A stretch of DNA of 64,000 nt from Octopus vulgaris (taxonomy: Eukaryota). Below the pieces are notes generated by a model that saw only the letters and a list, made by a program, of their open reading frames with translations, was not told where the DNA came from and ran no database searches. Location: NCBI GenBank assembly GCA_951406725.2, contig OX597821.1, forward strand, positions 93,992,001 to 94,056,000, in the 5' to 3' direction. The position numbers were made by a program, and so were the translations under genes. The stretch's first letter is position 1, and each line of letters starts with the position of its first letter. Below, in pieces: positions 1 through 13,455 of the stretch.

Positions 1-1546
1 ACTTTTCCCAATAACTTTGATTTTCAATTTAAAAAATTCAAATATTAATTCCTTCTGACTCTCTATCAACTCTGCTGTTTATCAGTATGTCTGTGTACTG
101 TCAAAATACCGGCTTTGTTTTTCTCTATGTTGCTTTCACTGTTAGAAGAAATATTGTGGCAAAGTCATTCATTCAGTCAGTTTGTTGTTAAGCAAAAGTT
201 GGCTTATTGTGTTTTTGTCTATTGAAAGTGTTATTAAATTATTGGAAACCCTTCTCTCATTTATTTTCCATTGAGTAATTATTTGTATCTTTAGTTTTTT
301 CTCACACCCCACTTTCTTTCTCTTGTTCTCGTTTTGCTTTGGTTTTTTTTTTTTTTTTTTTTTTGAGATTCCTCCCACTCTTTTAATATCTGGTGAGATA
401 CCAATATTTTTATAGAATTTCTCTCTTGCAGTTCTCTTCACTCTTCTGTTAGAATCTAAACTTTTTCATTTGTTTTTGTCTAAGACAAATATTTATTAGG
501 TCAGTGTAAGCTGATTGAAACAAAACTCCTAGTATATCATTGGTACTAATATTTCAATATTTCACCAAGTGCTTGACTAAATACATTGCAATATTCAGTT
601 TTGTCACACTTGGTTCCAAATTTAAATATCCTGTCATGAAATTTAACTTTTATCAATTGGGCTCAATAAACATGAATTAGCAGAGTTATTAGAGCATTGG
701 ACAGAATATCTCCCTGTATTTGTTCCAACTGTCTACATTCTGAGTTCAAGTCCCGCTGAGATCAACTTTGTCTTTCATCCTTTCAGGGTTTAAAAAAAAA
801 AAGACCAATCCAAAGTAATGGATTAGCAGAACTTGAAAAGTGTCAAACTTGATGCTTCTCTGTATTTGTTCTGGCTCGTGGCTTTCTGAGTTCAAATCCC
901 AATGTGCCCCGTCTGGGTGGTAGTCTTAATCCATCTTCCCAGTTTAAAACCATCACATGGTGTCTTTGGTGCCTTTAGCAGAATCCACTCTGCTACAAGC
1001 ATTTGGACCATGTCTCCTGTCTGAGTATCTTTTGTCTTACTGGTCTTAGAGGCTCTGTTAGACCCATGGGCACTGCTTCCCCTCCTGCCTAAAAGGTTAA
1101 AAAAAAAAGTACCAGTGATATACTACAATTAAAAGTCAATCACACCCTTCTCTCTTACCATAAATGACCTTGTGATTAGGTGCAAAATTATTAGCAGGAT
1201 TTTCTGCAGTATTACATTTTGGGTTCTTCAATCTCTCAAAACTGTTCCAAAATATGATGTCCTGGATGTTGATGTTTTCTAGGCATGCACCATTTTATCT
1301 GCCAGAATGTAAATTTTGAGGTGTTTTTTATTTGTTTGGGCTTTTCTTTTAAGGTCTTTTCCTCCCCCTCCATCTCAACTCCTTAATAGTGTTTAAATAG
1401 TATTTTAGAAAAGTTGTGGGCCTCAAATCATTCTATAGTTGTTTTGTGTCTTGAAGAGTCTCTGTTGGTGTCATTCATGCAATGTTTGGATAATTTTACT
1501 TACGCTTCTTAGAAGTTTAGTAAAGAAATTTGAAGTACTTTTATAG

Positions 1547-1558
1547 ATGGTGTCACTG
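1547..1558 (+). CDS. candidate 12-nt microexon (MVSL)
   Basis: tacttttatag|ATGGTGTCACTG|gtaagt. Consensus donor, 3n length, open in phase 0. No homology support. Confidence 0.45.
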
Positions 1559-3243
1559 GTAAGTAAGTCCATGATGATTTAAAGCCATAGACTGGCTTTG
1601 ATACTCCTAGTTTAGATGATTTCAGTTAAATAGGAACAGCATAAATGTTGCAACTTGTCTATCTTACAATCTTCCTTTTAGATATATTTCCTAGAATTCC
1701 TCACATAGGACTTACATTGAATGAAACCAGAGAGAGAGAGAGAGAAAGATATCTGTATACATATTTTCATATTGAAGGACTATGACCAGTACTGAGATCC
1801 TGTTCCTGTACTGAAACAGAACTATATAATTCAGGCATAGAAATGGAGAAAATGGTGATGATGACAAGGAATAACTGGTACCCCATCAGTTACAACGATG
1901 AGGGTTCCAGCTGATCCGATCAATAGAACAGCCTGCTTGTGAAATTAACATGAATATGGCACTCGACACGTACATGTACCCTTAATGTGGGTCTCAGAGA
2001 GATTTAGCATGACACAGAATGTGACACAGCTGGCCTTTTGAAATACGGGTACTAATCATTTTTGCCAGCTGAGTGGACTGGAGCAATGTGAAATAAAGTG
2101 TCTTGCTCAAGGACATAACGTGTCGCTGGGAACTGAACTTACAACCATGCAATCGTGAGCTGAATGCCCCAACCATTAAGCCACACACCTTCACCAACAA
2201 GGAGTAGGAGGATGACATATATGTATATCTTCTACATATGGCACACATTATCCACATATATACACAAGTCTTTTATGTGTTTTATATGTTACTATCGCAA
2301 TCATTAATCATCATTATATCCTTAAATCCTTAAAAATGTTTTAGCCTGAAGGCCGCGGCCAATTCATAAATTGCTGCCTACTTGGTGATTACTTAAATCT
2401 TGCTACACCCATTGCATTGTCACCCCCTACAGACAAGGCATGATATTCTACTTGCCCCTTTCCATGCAATTAAAACAGCATCCAGCTATAAAAAGATCAC
2501 CTGTTGCAAGCACTTAAAAAAGAAAAGCATAGTTGTAACAAGCTAATGTCAGAGTCTCTATGTGATGACCCAACCTCCTAGAGATAGCAACTAAATCTCA
2601 CTGAAATCACATCATGCTGTCTTTAAGCATTATGGAAGGACACATTGGATAATGTCCTTGTTACACATGTTTAAAAAAGCTGAAAAAGACAGTATGGTCA
2701 CTGCTTTAATCATAAGTTTGCTTGATCAGAGCTGACCAGGGGCTAACCAACAACTGCTACAGTGAAACCATCATGATATCACACACATTACATTTTTTGC
2801 TGTCCATTTACTTACATTTCAGAGATTTTATAGTTGATATCATTCAAATCTCATTTGGTATCAGGCCTTACCATCTTAAAAATAAAAAGGAAAACTACTC
2901 TGGATAATGCAGTCATAGATATACTTTTATGTAACTGAAGACAGCATGGCCAAAACTAGAATTTATTTGATGACTTGTCTGTCAGATATGGGGTGCACCT
3001 TGGAATTACGGCAGTAGCAAGAACAACAGCTCTTAATGTAACATCGGAACAATATTCAAATGTTAAGTTTTGGCAAATGGAATATTTCTATCCAAGTTAA
3101 TACTGATCATTGAATGATAATAAAAAGTTACATACAGACAACTGTTCCAGTTACACACAAACATGTTCTTTCATACTTCAAATAACTGGTTATGGTATTC
3201 ACTCCTGCAAGGATTTTATCTGTTCAGTTTTAAAGATGTTTAA

Positions 3244-3453
3244 CCCTTTCATTACTGTATTTATTTTGAGATGCTCTGTGTTTCTTTCAATTACTTTAAA
3301 TATAACAAAGAATTTAGTAAAATAAATTAGTTATCATTAAGCTAGTGTTAGAAACATAAATTGTGCCTAAGGTCTGGTGGAAGATTTTAACTCAAAACTT
3401 ATGAAAACAAGACATTTTACCACAGAGCCAGAGCCGGGTTAGTAACAAAAGGG
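3244..3453. mobile_element. piggyBac-like MITE, family 1
   Basis: TTAA|CCCTTT...AAAGGG|TTAA; homologous to 5014-5233 and 9297-9518. Confidence 0.8.
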
Positions 3454-3710
3454 TTAAAGAAATTTTGTTGAGTATGTATGTGTGCCTCTGTCTCTAGGTA
3501 TGTCTATGTAAGATTTTCATAGGATTTCTGCATTGCATGTTAAAATTCTGTATGAGGTAGGCAGGATTAATTATAACTGAGGAAGAAAAGATTGGTTATT
3601 GTTGGAACATTTGGTTCACTGCTTGTCTTAGACCATCTTCTCATTATCTTGTTGTTCCATTGTGACTATACGTTACGGTCTGATTTAAACATTGACCTAA
3701 TACTTTCCAG

Positions 3711-3749
3711 GGAAGCTTCATTCTCGAGCAGGCTACCACTCCTCTCAAG
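3711..3749 (+). CDS. candidate 39-nt cassette exon (GSFILEQATTPLK)
   Basis: ctaatactttccag|GGA...AAG|gtttgt. 3n, open in phase 0, GC-richer than flanks; the same gtttgt donor is used by the conserved exon ending at 42779. Confidence 0.55.
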
Positions 3750-3867
3750 GTTTGTGTCTCACTCAATCTCTCTCTCTCTCTGTCTCTCCATCTATCTCTT
3801 TCTCTCTCTCTCTCTACAAAACCTGAATGTAGTCCACCATCACCTCTGCTACATTTTGATCTCTCTT

Positions 3868-3909
<42 letters not shown>

Positions 3910-4416
3910 ATGGTATCTGATCTCTTGTGTTTCTCAGATAGAAACAGGAACACCCTGCATGCTACTGTTTGGAATAGCTTTGATCATTTGCAATGTGTTT
4001 AGAATCATTATTTCATGGTTATGAAAAAAATATAAATCTTTAAACATAATCATATTTTCATCTTTATTTCCAAGACAATCAAGTGTTTTAAAATTCCATT
4101 TCAGAACCAAAATTTTGATCAATTTCAAAATTGTTTAATGCAAACCTGAAAGTAAAATTGTAGAATTACATATTTTCATACACATTTATTTAGTAAAAGA
4201 ATTCTTAACAAAAACCATTATGTAATGCAGATTCTTGAAGTTCACTATTAAAACACAAACACTAATCCTGAAACTGTAGTCCTTTCCTCTCCTCACCTTT
4301 AGAAATATTATAGTGAACGATACAGGTAAGGAAATATTCTATTCTCAAACAGAATAATGCTGATAGAGCAGCAGAAACAGGATAAAATATCTATATTTTG
4401 CAGGAAAATTTGTCAG

Positions 4417-4490
4417 TGGCCAGCCATGAGATTTGAACTTACATCCCTGTGATTACTGGTCAAGTGCTTTACCATTAAGCTAAACTGCCC
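4417..4490 (-). pseudogene. tRNA-Thr(AGT)-like degenerate sequence inside a ~300-bp repeat unit
   Basis: Reverse complement GGGCAGTTTAGCTTAATGGTAAAGCACTTGACCAGTAATCACAGGGATGTAAGTTCAAATCTCATGGCTGGCCA has A box, B box and AGT anticodon loop, but mismatched stems. Confidence 0.55.
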
Positions 4491-5013
4491 ACTGACAAAT
4501 TAATCTGCAATTTTTGAAATTATGAATCTAGCTTTATAAGACACTGTAGGTTAAATTCAGATTATGATAAATGAAAGCAAGCAAAGTTTGCTTTTAGAAG
4601 CACTGAGATGTATTGAAAAATACAGATAAAGAAATGATTTATTCTCGGACCTAGAATAATGCTGACAGAACAGCAGGAGCAGTATAAAATATCATATTTT
4701 GTAAAAAAAAATTTTTTTTAAAAAGCACTTGACTGGTAATCACAGGGATGTGAGTTTGAGTTTCATGGCTGGCCGCTGACAATTTTTTCTGCAAAATATG
4801 GATATTTTATACTGTCCCTGCTGTTCTATCAGCATTATTCTACATTCGAAAATAAATTATTTCTTTATCTGTATCTTTCAATACATCTCAGTGCTTCTAA
4901 AAGCAAAATGATTACTTTCATCGTAATTTGAATTTAACATACAGCATCTTATAGAGCTAGATTTATAAGTTCAAACATTGCAGATTAATTTGTCAGTGAG
5001 CCATTTAGCTTAA

Positions 5014-5233
5014 CCCTTCGTTACTGTATTTATTTTGAGATGCTCTGTGTTTCTTTCAATTATTTTAAATATAACAAAGAATTTAGTAAAATAACTTGGT
5101 TATCATTAAGCTAGTGTTAGGAACATAAATTGTGACTAAGGTCTGGTGAAAGATTTTAATTCAAAACTTATGAAAATAAGACATTTGTACTACAGAGCCA
5201 GAGGCGGTTTCAGCCGGGTTGGTACCGAAAGGG
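5014..5233. mobile_element. piggyBac-like MITE, family 1, inserted in a tRNA-like D arm
   Basis: TTAA target-site duplication and CCCTT/AAGGG ends. Confidence 0.8.
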
Positions 5234-5710
5234 TTAATAGTAAAGTACTTATTCTGCATTTGAGAATAAATTATTTCCTTATTTCTACCTTTCAATACAT
5301 CTCAGTGCTTCTAAAAGCAAAATTTTGTTTACATTTATCGTAATTTAAATATTATAGTGTTATAAATATTGTTTAAAGGTAATATCTTTATTTAAAAATG
5401 GATTGAATAAAGCAGGACTCCAGCACAGCTATATCTAACCGAATTAGTAAGAGAAGACAAAAAGTGTAACAGATATGGCAAGACATGTTAATACTATGCA
5501 GTATTGATTTAAATGATGTATCACAAATCAATTAGAGAACCTCTGTGTGGTCATTCAACTTGCTAGAAGTAGCAGCAAAATCTCCCTCACACATGCACAC
5601 ACATAAAAACATTTTGTGTTTACAAACACAAAAAAAAATACTCAATCCAAAAATAAATAGGGTTTATAGATATATTTTGAAGTGGAAATATCACAAACTA
5701 AAACTTTTAG

Positions 5711-5731
5711 CTTCAAGTTTCTGACCCTCAG
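5711..5731 (+). CDS. weak candidate 21-nt microexon (LQVSDPQ)
   Basis: aaacttttag|CTTCAAGTTTCTGACCCTCAG|gtaaca. 3n and open, but the pyrimidine tract is short. Confidence 0.25.
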
Positions 5732-6024
5732 GTAACACATATATGCCACACTCTTTGCCAAAGCACCCTATTCCACTTGCCCTTTTTTACTCCACTAAAA
5801 CAGCAGGCATATATGTCAGTGGTATGTATGTATCTAAAGAAAAAGAAAGAAATTAGTAGAACACTATTTAGAATTTAATATTGTATTAAATTATTTTAGT
5901 GAGAGTGTTTGAAGAATCAGTCACCAGAAAAACACAAACACACACACGCAAGTATCTGCATAACATAATTTAGGTGTATCAGTCTTATCTATTCTCATTG
6001 TTCTTCAAAATTCCATTTTTGCAG

Positions 6025-6036
6025 ACTCCCAATGAG
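6025..6036 (+). CDS. candidate 12-nt microexon (TPNE)
   Basis: ttccatttttgcag|ACTCCCAATGAG|gtaagc. Both splice sites strong; phase 1 would contain TGA, phase 0 is open. Confidence 0.6.
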
Positions 6037-7073
6037 GTAAGCATTAAGTACAAATGTCTGCTGCTAAGATTATGCTAGATCAATATATTATTATTTATTT
6101 TTTAATAAAAAAATTATTATTATTATGATTATTAGCTTCTTTTTTTTTAAATTCTGCCTGCTTTCATTGTTAAATTGATAAATGACTCCGCTATCATTAA
6201 GTCTTATTTAATTTAAATATTTATTATGTTTGCAATCAATATAAAGCAGACAGGTATACTAAAAATGTACAAAATATAACATTATCTCTAAAAGCCATTC
6301 TGCTATTTAAACCGAATCAGTTTTTTTTTGTTTTTTTTGCCATATTTTTTTTCTTTGGTGATGGGTAATAGCTTACTGATTACATTATAGTGCTTTTTTT
6401 ATTCTTTTGATTTCATTGTCAAAATACAAAATAATCTTGTATTTTGATCTTACAAATATTGTTTCAAAGTATTATTCAAAAATGCAAGCATTGATCATCT
6501 ATAAGTTCCACTGTAATCATAAGTTCCAAAGTATAAAACCCAAATTGTCTGCAAGTTCTGTGGTTTTCATCATATTTTGTTGGTTTGGTTTAGATATGGA
6601 TTTGGAAGGCAAAGCGAGCAAGAACAAAATATATATGAAAGCAGCTAGAACTAATTAGTGTATGTTGATAATATAGAGTTGGTACTTACTATAGAATAGT
6701 GTTGTTGATTAGTTAGTCTGTCTCTTGTTAGTTGTTTCTTTAGTGTATTGGTAATGTTTTGTAGTTTTCTAGTCAATTGCCAACTTTGTAGTCTCTCCCA
6801 TCGTTTCCCCTCTATGTTACTAACCCAAGCCAGTCTTTCTTTTTTCATTCCTCCTTGTAGTTATGATGGACTCTGTGTGTGTGTGTCTGTGTGGATGTGT
6901 GTGTGAGAGAGAGGGAGAGAGAAAGAGTGATGGACAAATTGTAGTTCTAAGTAAAGCATTTATTTACAACCTGATTTATTGCTGTGGTTTCATTGGTGTG
7001 TATGTGTACTCATATTTGTGTGCATTATATTATCAGATCCTGTGATAAAGGTTCATATCCCATTTGAGTCATA

Positions 7074-7465
7074 TCTTTATTTATAAAAGAGAGGTTGTGT
7101 GCTGTCTGTCTCCTACGATTTAGATTCCTAACTACTCCCACATTTTGCGGTGCAGTTTAATCAAAACCGGGTATCTTATAGTTGTGATTCATATCGAGTC
7201 CTTCTGGGTATTAGCGCGCGTCTACGCTGAGTCTACGATTAAAAAAAAAATTTACCATCAATTTTTCCCATTTTTTAATGCATTTTTGGCATATATAAGG
7301 GAAGTAACTCTCTAAAAATGTATTATTAAATCTCAGAACGTAAAAAGCTACAGTAACCCCTTTGTGGTTAACCATATTGAGATGGCTATTATACTTTACA
7401 TCTGTAAAAATGCTTATATAGTTATTTCCCTTACAAACCCGAGCAACACCGGGCGATACTGCTAG
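7074..7465 (+). mobile_element. non-autonomous Helitron
   Basis: A|TC start, subterminal hairpin CCCG-AGCAACAC-CGGG (7438-7453), CTAG|T end, no target-site duplication. Confidence 0.65.
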
Positions 7466-8164
7466 TCACTTCTAAATCACTTCCATAGGCTTCCTCTGCA
7501 GTTATATGCTTGGTTCCAGGTTTGATCCCAGTGTGCAACACCTTAAGAAGTCTACTTCACAATCTGGTGATTCCAAGTTCCATCCCATTCTGTGACACCT
7601 TAGGAAGGTGTCTTCCACCATATCTTGGATCATTTCAGACTTCTTGAATAACATTGAGTTGATAGAAACCACATGGAATTTCAGCAAATAAATTGCACCT
7701 GTTCTGGGACCAAATATTTAATCTTTCTCCTGGTTTAACAACCACCTGTCAGTGGGTGCCTTAGTGAAATCCCCTTTGTTTCAAATATTAGGGCCAGTTC
7801 TCTAGTCTGAGTTTGGATCTTTTCTTAATTTTCTCTCCACTAGTCTTGGAGGTTCTATCAAAAAAATTGTCTTCTTCTGATAACTCTAAATGCCTTTCTT
7901 AGTCTTTCTTTAAAAAAAAATAAGATAAAAATCACTTGTGATGACTCAGCAACTCATATAATATATTCAGATATATTTAAGGGTTTGCTACAGTTACTCC
8001 TTATGTTTGAAGAAATAATTGTATGATCAGTATCTCATCTATACTTCTAGGGCACAATCACTTACTGGATAAAATTTTGAACTACCTGTTCATTACTCCA
8101 TATCCACTGTTGTTATCATTTCTGTGCAGACCATAGACACAGACAGTCACAACCTTTTTCTCTT

Positions 8165-8202
<38 letters not shown>

Positions 8203-9296
8203 GTGTGTGTGTAGGAGTGTAGGAATACATGTGAGATTCATTTTGGATGAGAGTCCCCTAATTATCCTGGCCTGCATTAGTTACTGATCCAGGTTTTGAT
8301 AAAGGGCTGCATGTGGTAATTGCTTTGTGTTTGCAGCTCAAACCACAGGAAACCCCTCACATACACAAACACACACACATACACACTGCCACTATCTGGA
8401 CATCATCAACTACAGGAGGTCTCACCAGTTCTTGATTGGGTGTTTCACTCGGAGTTTTATTCCTGTCTGAGGGTTCTACTTAATCTTCTTACAATTTTAG
8501 GACCTTTACTACTAATGACCCCTAGTTTCACTCTCTGTAATCTTGCTAACATCAGGTTTGCATCACATGAATGACATTGCCAGAAAGTTCTTCTGTAACA
8601 CACTATCGTACAAATAGGTTCTCTTCTAAACTTCAATGATGTAAAATTGCTAGCTTTTTCAGTAACAAGTGCTTGTCAACTGCTCACATGATATTTGTGT
8701 GTGTGTGTGTGTGATATAGTTACACACACACACACATAATTTAGAATGGGTATGTTATATTTCCTAATTCTTTAACACTGACTGACATTAAAGTTAAACT
8801 ACATATATATATATATTGTTAATGAAAATTTCAGTAAGTTAAGCCATCATTGGACAGTTCAATGATGGCCTAGCTGGCTGAAGCTTCAAAGTCACTATCA
8901 ATATCATTCTTGTTAAGTAATAAATAATAAATCTGTACTCTACAAAAAGTACCGAGTAATCCTTCAGTCTTAATGTGCAATTGTTTTTGCTGTAACTTTA
9001 ACGTAAAAACAATTACACATGTATCATCATCATCATTTAACATCCTTCTTCTATGCTGGCTTGAGTTGGATGGTTTGACAGAAGCTGGTAAGCCAGAGCA
9101 CTGCACCAAGTTCCACTGTGTATTTTGGATTTTTATTTCTGGATGCCCTTCCTAATGCCCACTACTTTACAGAGTGGACTGGGTGCCTCTTACGTGGTAC
9201 CTGCACTAGTGTGGTCTGCTTTAGCATGATGTTTTTCAGCTGTATATACATAGAAGCTGTATTAATACTGAATGGTAATCTTTATACTCTACTTAA

Positions 9297-9518
9297 CCCT
9301 TTTGTTACCATATTTCTGTTGAGATGCTCTGTATTTTTTTCAATTAATTTTAAGCATAGCAAAGAATTTAATAAAATAATTTAGTTATCATTATGCTAGC
9401 ATTAGGAACATAAATTGTGACTAAGGTTTGGTGGAAGATTCTAATTCAGAACTTTTGAAAACAAGACATTTGTACTACAGAGCCAGAGGCAGTTTCTGCT
9501 GGGTTGGTATCAAAAGGG
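9297..9518. mobile_element. piggyBac-like MITE, family 1
   Basis: TTAA target-site duplication and CCCTTTTG/CAAAAGGG ends. Confidence 0.8.
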
Positions 9519-9976
9519 TTAACATGAATGTATTGTTAGGACACAATGATACTGCAGTATTTGCCTTGAGAGATCTTCCCATATAGATGTAGAGTGCTTG
9601 TGCTTTTCAGACCTACATGTCTATATGAGAGGATCTCTCAAGGCTAATTCCTAGTAATACGGCATTCTAACAGTAAATCCATGTTAAGTAGGATATAAAG
9701 ATATACGTATATATTTTTTACCGTGGTAATATTATTTATTGTTTATTATGCATTTTCTTTTGAAATCAACATCATAATCCATTGTTTAATTCAATATATA
9801 TATATGTGTGTGTATATATATATATATATTAAATTAGAGATAAAATTGGATTTAATCCATATATATATATATATATTAAATTAGAGATTAAAATTGGATT
9901 TAGTCCTAAATCTAATTTTTCCCTGTAAGTTTGGATTTACTCCCTAATATTATTATTATTAATTATATATATATGA

Positions 9977-10025
<49 letters not shown>

Positions 10026-12657
10026 TGGCTAAAACTTGGTTTTGAACCATTGTCATTCAAGTTTCTTTTTTTTTCTTTTCTTTTTTTTTTTTTTGTAATA
10101 AGTTTCCATCACATTTATCATGCGGATTTTAAGACAATTTCAACATAGCTCATATATATAGGACTAAGTTACTTGTCTGCTAAAATTTGCTTATTTTGTG
10201 TACTAATTGCCAATTATACAAAAGCATATGAAAATGTGTGTGTGTGTGTATATATACATATATATATATATATATACATACACCATATATGTGCATGTAT
10301 GGAAGTGCATGCTTGAAAATAATTTGCATAAATATTTCATTTCTCTTATAACATTGCAAGCCTGTTCTGTGTGCAAAGCTATTCCAAACTGTAGTGTCTT
10401 TTTATTTATTTGTATATATTTAATTTCTTTGTCTCCATCTTTGTCAACTACCATGGCAGTGATGATGCTAACGCTTTCTCAGTTGTTTGTTCTGCTTTTA
10501 CTCTAAGAAATAATTCTGTCTCGTTTACTTATTCTTTGTTTCTGTGTTTTTTTTTTGTTTTTTTTTTCTTTTTTTTTTTTTCGTCTGTATACTACTACTA
10601 CTACTACTCTCTCTCTCTCTCGCTCTCTTTCCCTCAGTCTTTCTCTCTCTCTCTCTGTCTCTTTTTGTTTCAATGTCTTCTGTTTGTCAAGCATCTTCAA
10701 TATTGCTCTTCTTTACTAACCTAATTTTTCAATTGACTCAACAGGCTTCTTGATAAACATATAGAGACAAGTCACCACTAACATTAGATCTGCTCATTTC
10801 TTTTTCTTTTAAATTCTTCTTTTGCATGTCTGCTTTGATTCATTTGAATTCATAATTAACAAAATCTATCTTTATGAAAGAAATTTATTTTTGTTTTTTA
10901 CTGATAACATTAAACCGTTTTTCTATTTTAGTCTTTGTTATATATATATATATATATATATCGTTCATTTCTTGTTTGTTTTCTTTTATTATTATTATTG
11001 TGACTATAATTAACTATTATTCATTAATGGTGAACTTCCAGGGAAGGATGGAGAAAATAAACCTTGCGGTGTTTAGTTTACATTTTAAGTTCAAATCCTG
11101 TCACGGTTGATTTATTTCCATCTTTCCCTTCGTTAATAAAAGAAATACTAATCAAAATATTAGTGTTGATTAAATCAACTGTACCCCTCCCTCAGGATTT
11201 GTGGCCTTGCTGTGTAAGAAACCATTGTAATTATCATCGTCATCATCATCATCATCATCGTTGTGTCGGTTTTTATAAACTATTTTTACTAAATAATTTG
11301 GCGTGTGGGTGGGGTGGATGTGTGTTATATATATTTTGTGACTTTATAGTTTGTGTCTTTCTTGTTTGTTAATGTTTGTTGCTGTTCATGTATTAATGTC
11401 ATTAAGTTACAGTAATGGTTTTGTCACGCCCCATCCCCCATCCCTAAATAAAGACCTCCTTCGGTCACGAATGACCATAGGATTGCATTTAGAAAGTTCC
11501 CCCTCCGAGGTATAAGTCCGGGCAAGGTTGTTTATGGAAGACCAGCAGTCGTCCATGCATACCAACCTCTCCTCTCCGCACCACCAAAGGGAAAGGCAAA
11601 GGCCGATACAGCTTTGCACCACTGACATCATCATCATCATCATCATCATCGTTTAGTGTCTGCTTTCCATGCCGGCATGGGTTGGACTGTTCAACTGGGG
11701 TCTGGGAAGCCAGAAGGCTGCACCAGGCCCAGTCTGATCTGGCAATGTTTCTACGGCTGGATGCCCTTCCTAACGCCAACCACTCCATGAGTGTAGTGGG
11801 TGCTTTTTACGTGCCAGACGAGGCTGGCAAACGGCCACGATCGGATGGTGCTTTTTGCGAACTAATTTCTATAGCTGAATGAACTGGAGCAACGTAAAGT
11901 AAAGAGCAATACTAAAGCCCGGTCTGGGAATTGAAATCACTACCTCATGATTGTGAGCCTGTTGCTCCAACAACTGATCCACGTGCCTTATAATATTTAG
12001 TTACATAAAGGTGGTGAGCTGGCAGAATCATTACCATGCCAGGCAAAATGCTTAACAGCCTTTCGTCTGTCTTTACGTACTGAGTTCAAATTCCACCAAG
12101 TTCAACTTTACCTTTCATCCTTTTGTGGGAGGGAAGTCGATAAAATAAGTACCAGTTGACTACTGGGATCAGTGTAATCGATTTCTGCCTGAAGTTGCTG
12201 GCCTTTTGCCAAAATTTCAAGCCATTATTTAGTTACATACATTTTACTTTTTCTTTTTTTTTGTTACAATATTTCTGTTGAAATACCACAACCTTTGTTT
12301 GTTTCAATTAATTTTGAAACTAACAGAGTTAATGAAAATGACTTTGTCGTTATTAAGCTGGAGTTTGAACATAAAGTGACGTGAAATTCTGATGGACGCA
12401 TTTTTAAGATCATTTTAAAACTAGGAGTTTGAATCATAGAACCAGGAGCAGTTTCAAGTGCGTTAGAATCAAAAAGACTCAATTTTAAATTCAAATCATG
12501 TTAAAGTTTACTTTATTTTTCATCCTTTTGTTTTGTAGTCAATAAAATAAATCATCACTCAAGAACTACATTGATTTTATTCACAAATCTCTCCTCTAAA
12601 TTCATGGCTTAGTGCCTATGTTAGAAATTATTATTATTAGTAGTACAGATGATGTTA

Positions 12658-12697
<40 letters not shown>

Positions 12698-13455
12698 GGT
12701 GGCAAGCTGGCAGGACCATTAGCATGATGAACCAAATGCTTAGTGGCATTTCTTCTGTCTTCACGTTCAGAGTTCAAATCCCACTGAGTTTGAGTTTGCC
12801 TTTCATCCTTTCGGGGTTAATAAATTAAGTACCAGTTAGGTACTGGGTTTGACGTGATAGACTATCTCACTCCCTTCAAATTCCAGGCCTTGTGCCTAGA
12901 GTAGAGAGGATTATTATGATTATAAACAATGACTTAATGACTGCAATACAAACAAGACCAGCAACTCTACTGTGGTGATTCTGTGAAGTTTATTATTGAT
13001 TGTTTTTGTATTGTCTTTGTGATGATGTTCCCGATTAATCAGATTTGTATTTCCATGGGTGACATCGGGCCGGGTGGTTATTCTGTCAGTCTTCAAGCAT
13101 GACTCTTAACACCCTGTTTCAACTCGAGGCATTTGCTGTACATCTGCACACCAAGTGATTCTTGTTGTGATTTTTCGAAATCTTCTCAAAAACTTCCTTG
13201 TTCTATCAAAAGGTTTTGTACTTACACATTAAGGCTAATCAGGTTAGAGTGGTGGGGTATTACTAAAGATAGTTCCTCCTAAAGCATAGCACAAAACATG
13301 TACACTTCATCTCCTTCTCTCATTTTATGCACACACACACACACGTCTCATTTAGACAATTATATGGGAAATTTCTCTCTGGTTATGTACATATTCAGAA
13401 TTATGTGGTCATTTTTCTTTAACCTATTTGCCACACTATGTATACATTTGCACAG

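Larger units (their letters stand above)
4320..5345. repeat. tandem-then-inverted ~300-bp tRNA-containing repeat
   Basis: 4341 recurs at 4641; orientation flips at the A/T run near 4710; 4722-5013 is the reverse complement; the array resumes at 5238 after a MITE. Confidence 0.75.

Noticed and set aside
3938-4024. Acceptor followed by hydrophobic IETGTPCMLLFGIALIICNVFRIIISWL-stop, a possible tail-anchor exon
   Set aside because: T-rich intron DNA translates as hydrophobic by chance; no supporting donor or clear poly(A) signal.
4417-4490. Functional tRNA gene (also the SINE tRNA heads at 39203, 41009, 46318)
   Set aside because: Stems are mismatched and the sequences are embedded in repeat bodies; treated as tRNA-derived, not as genes.
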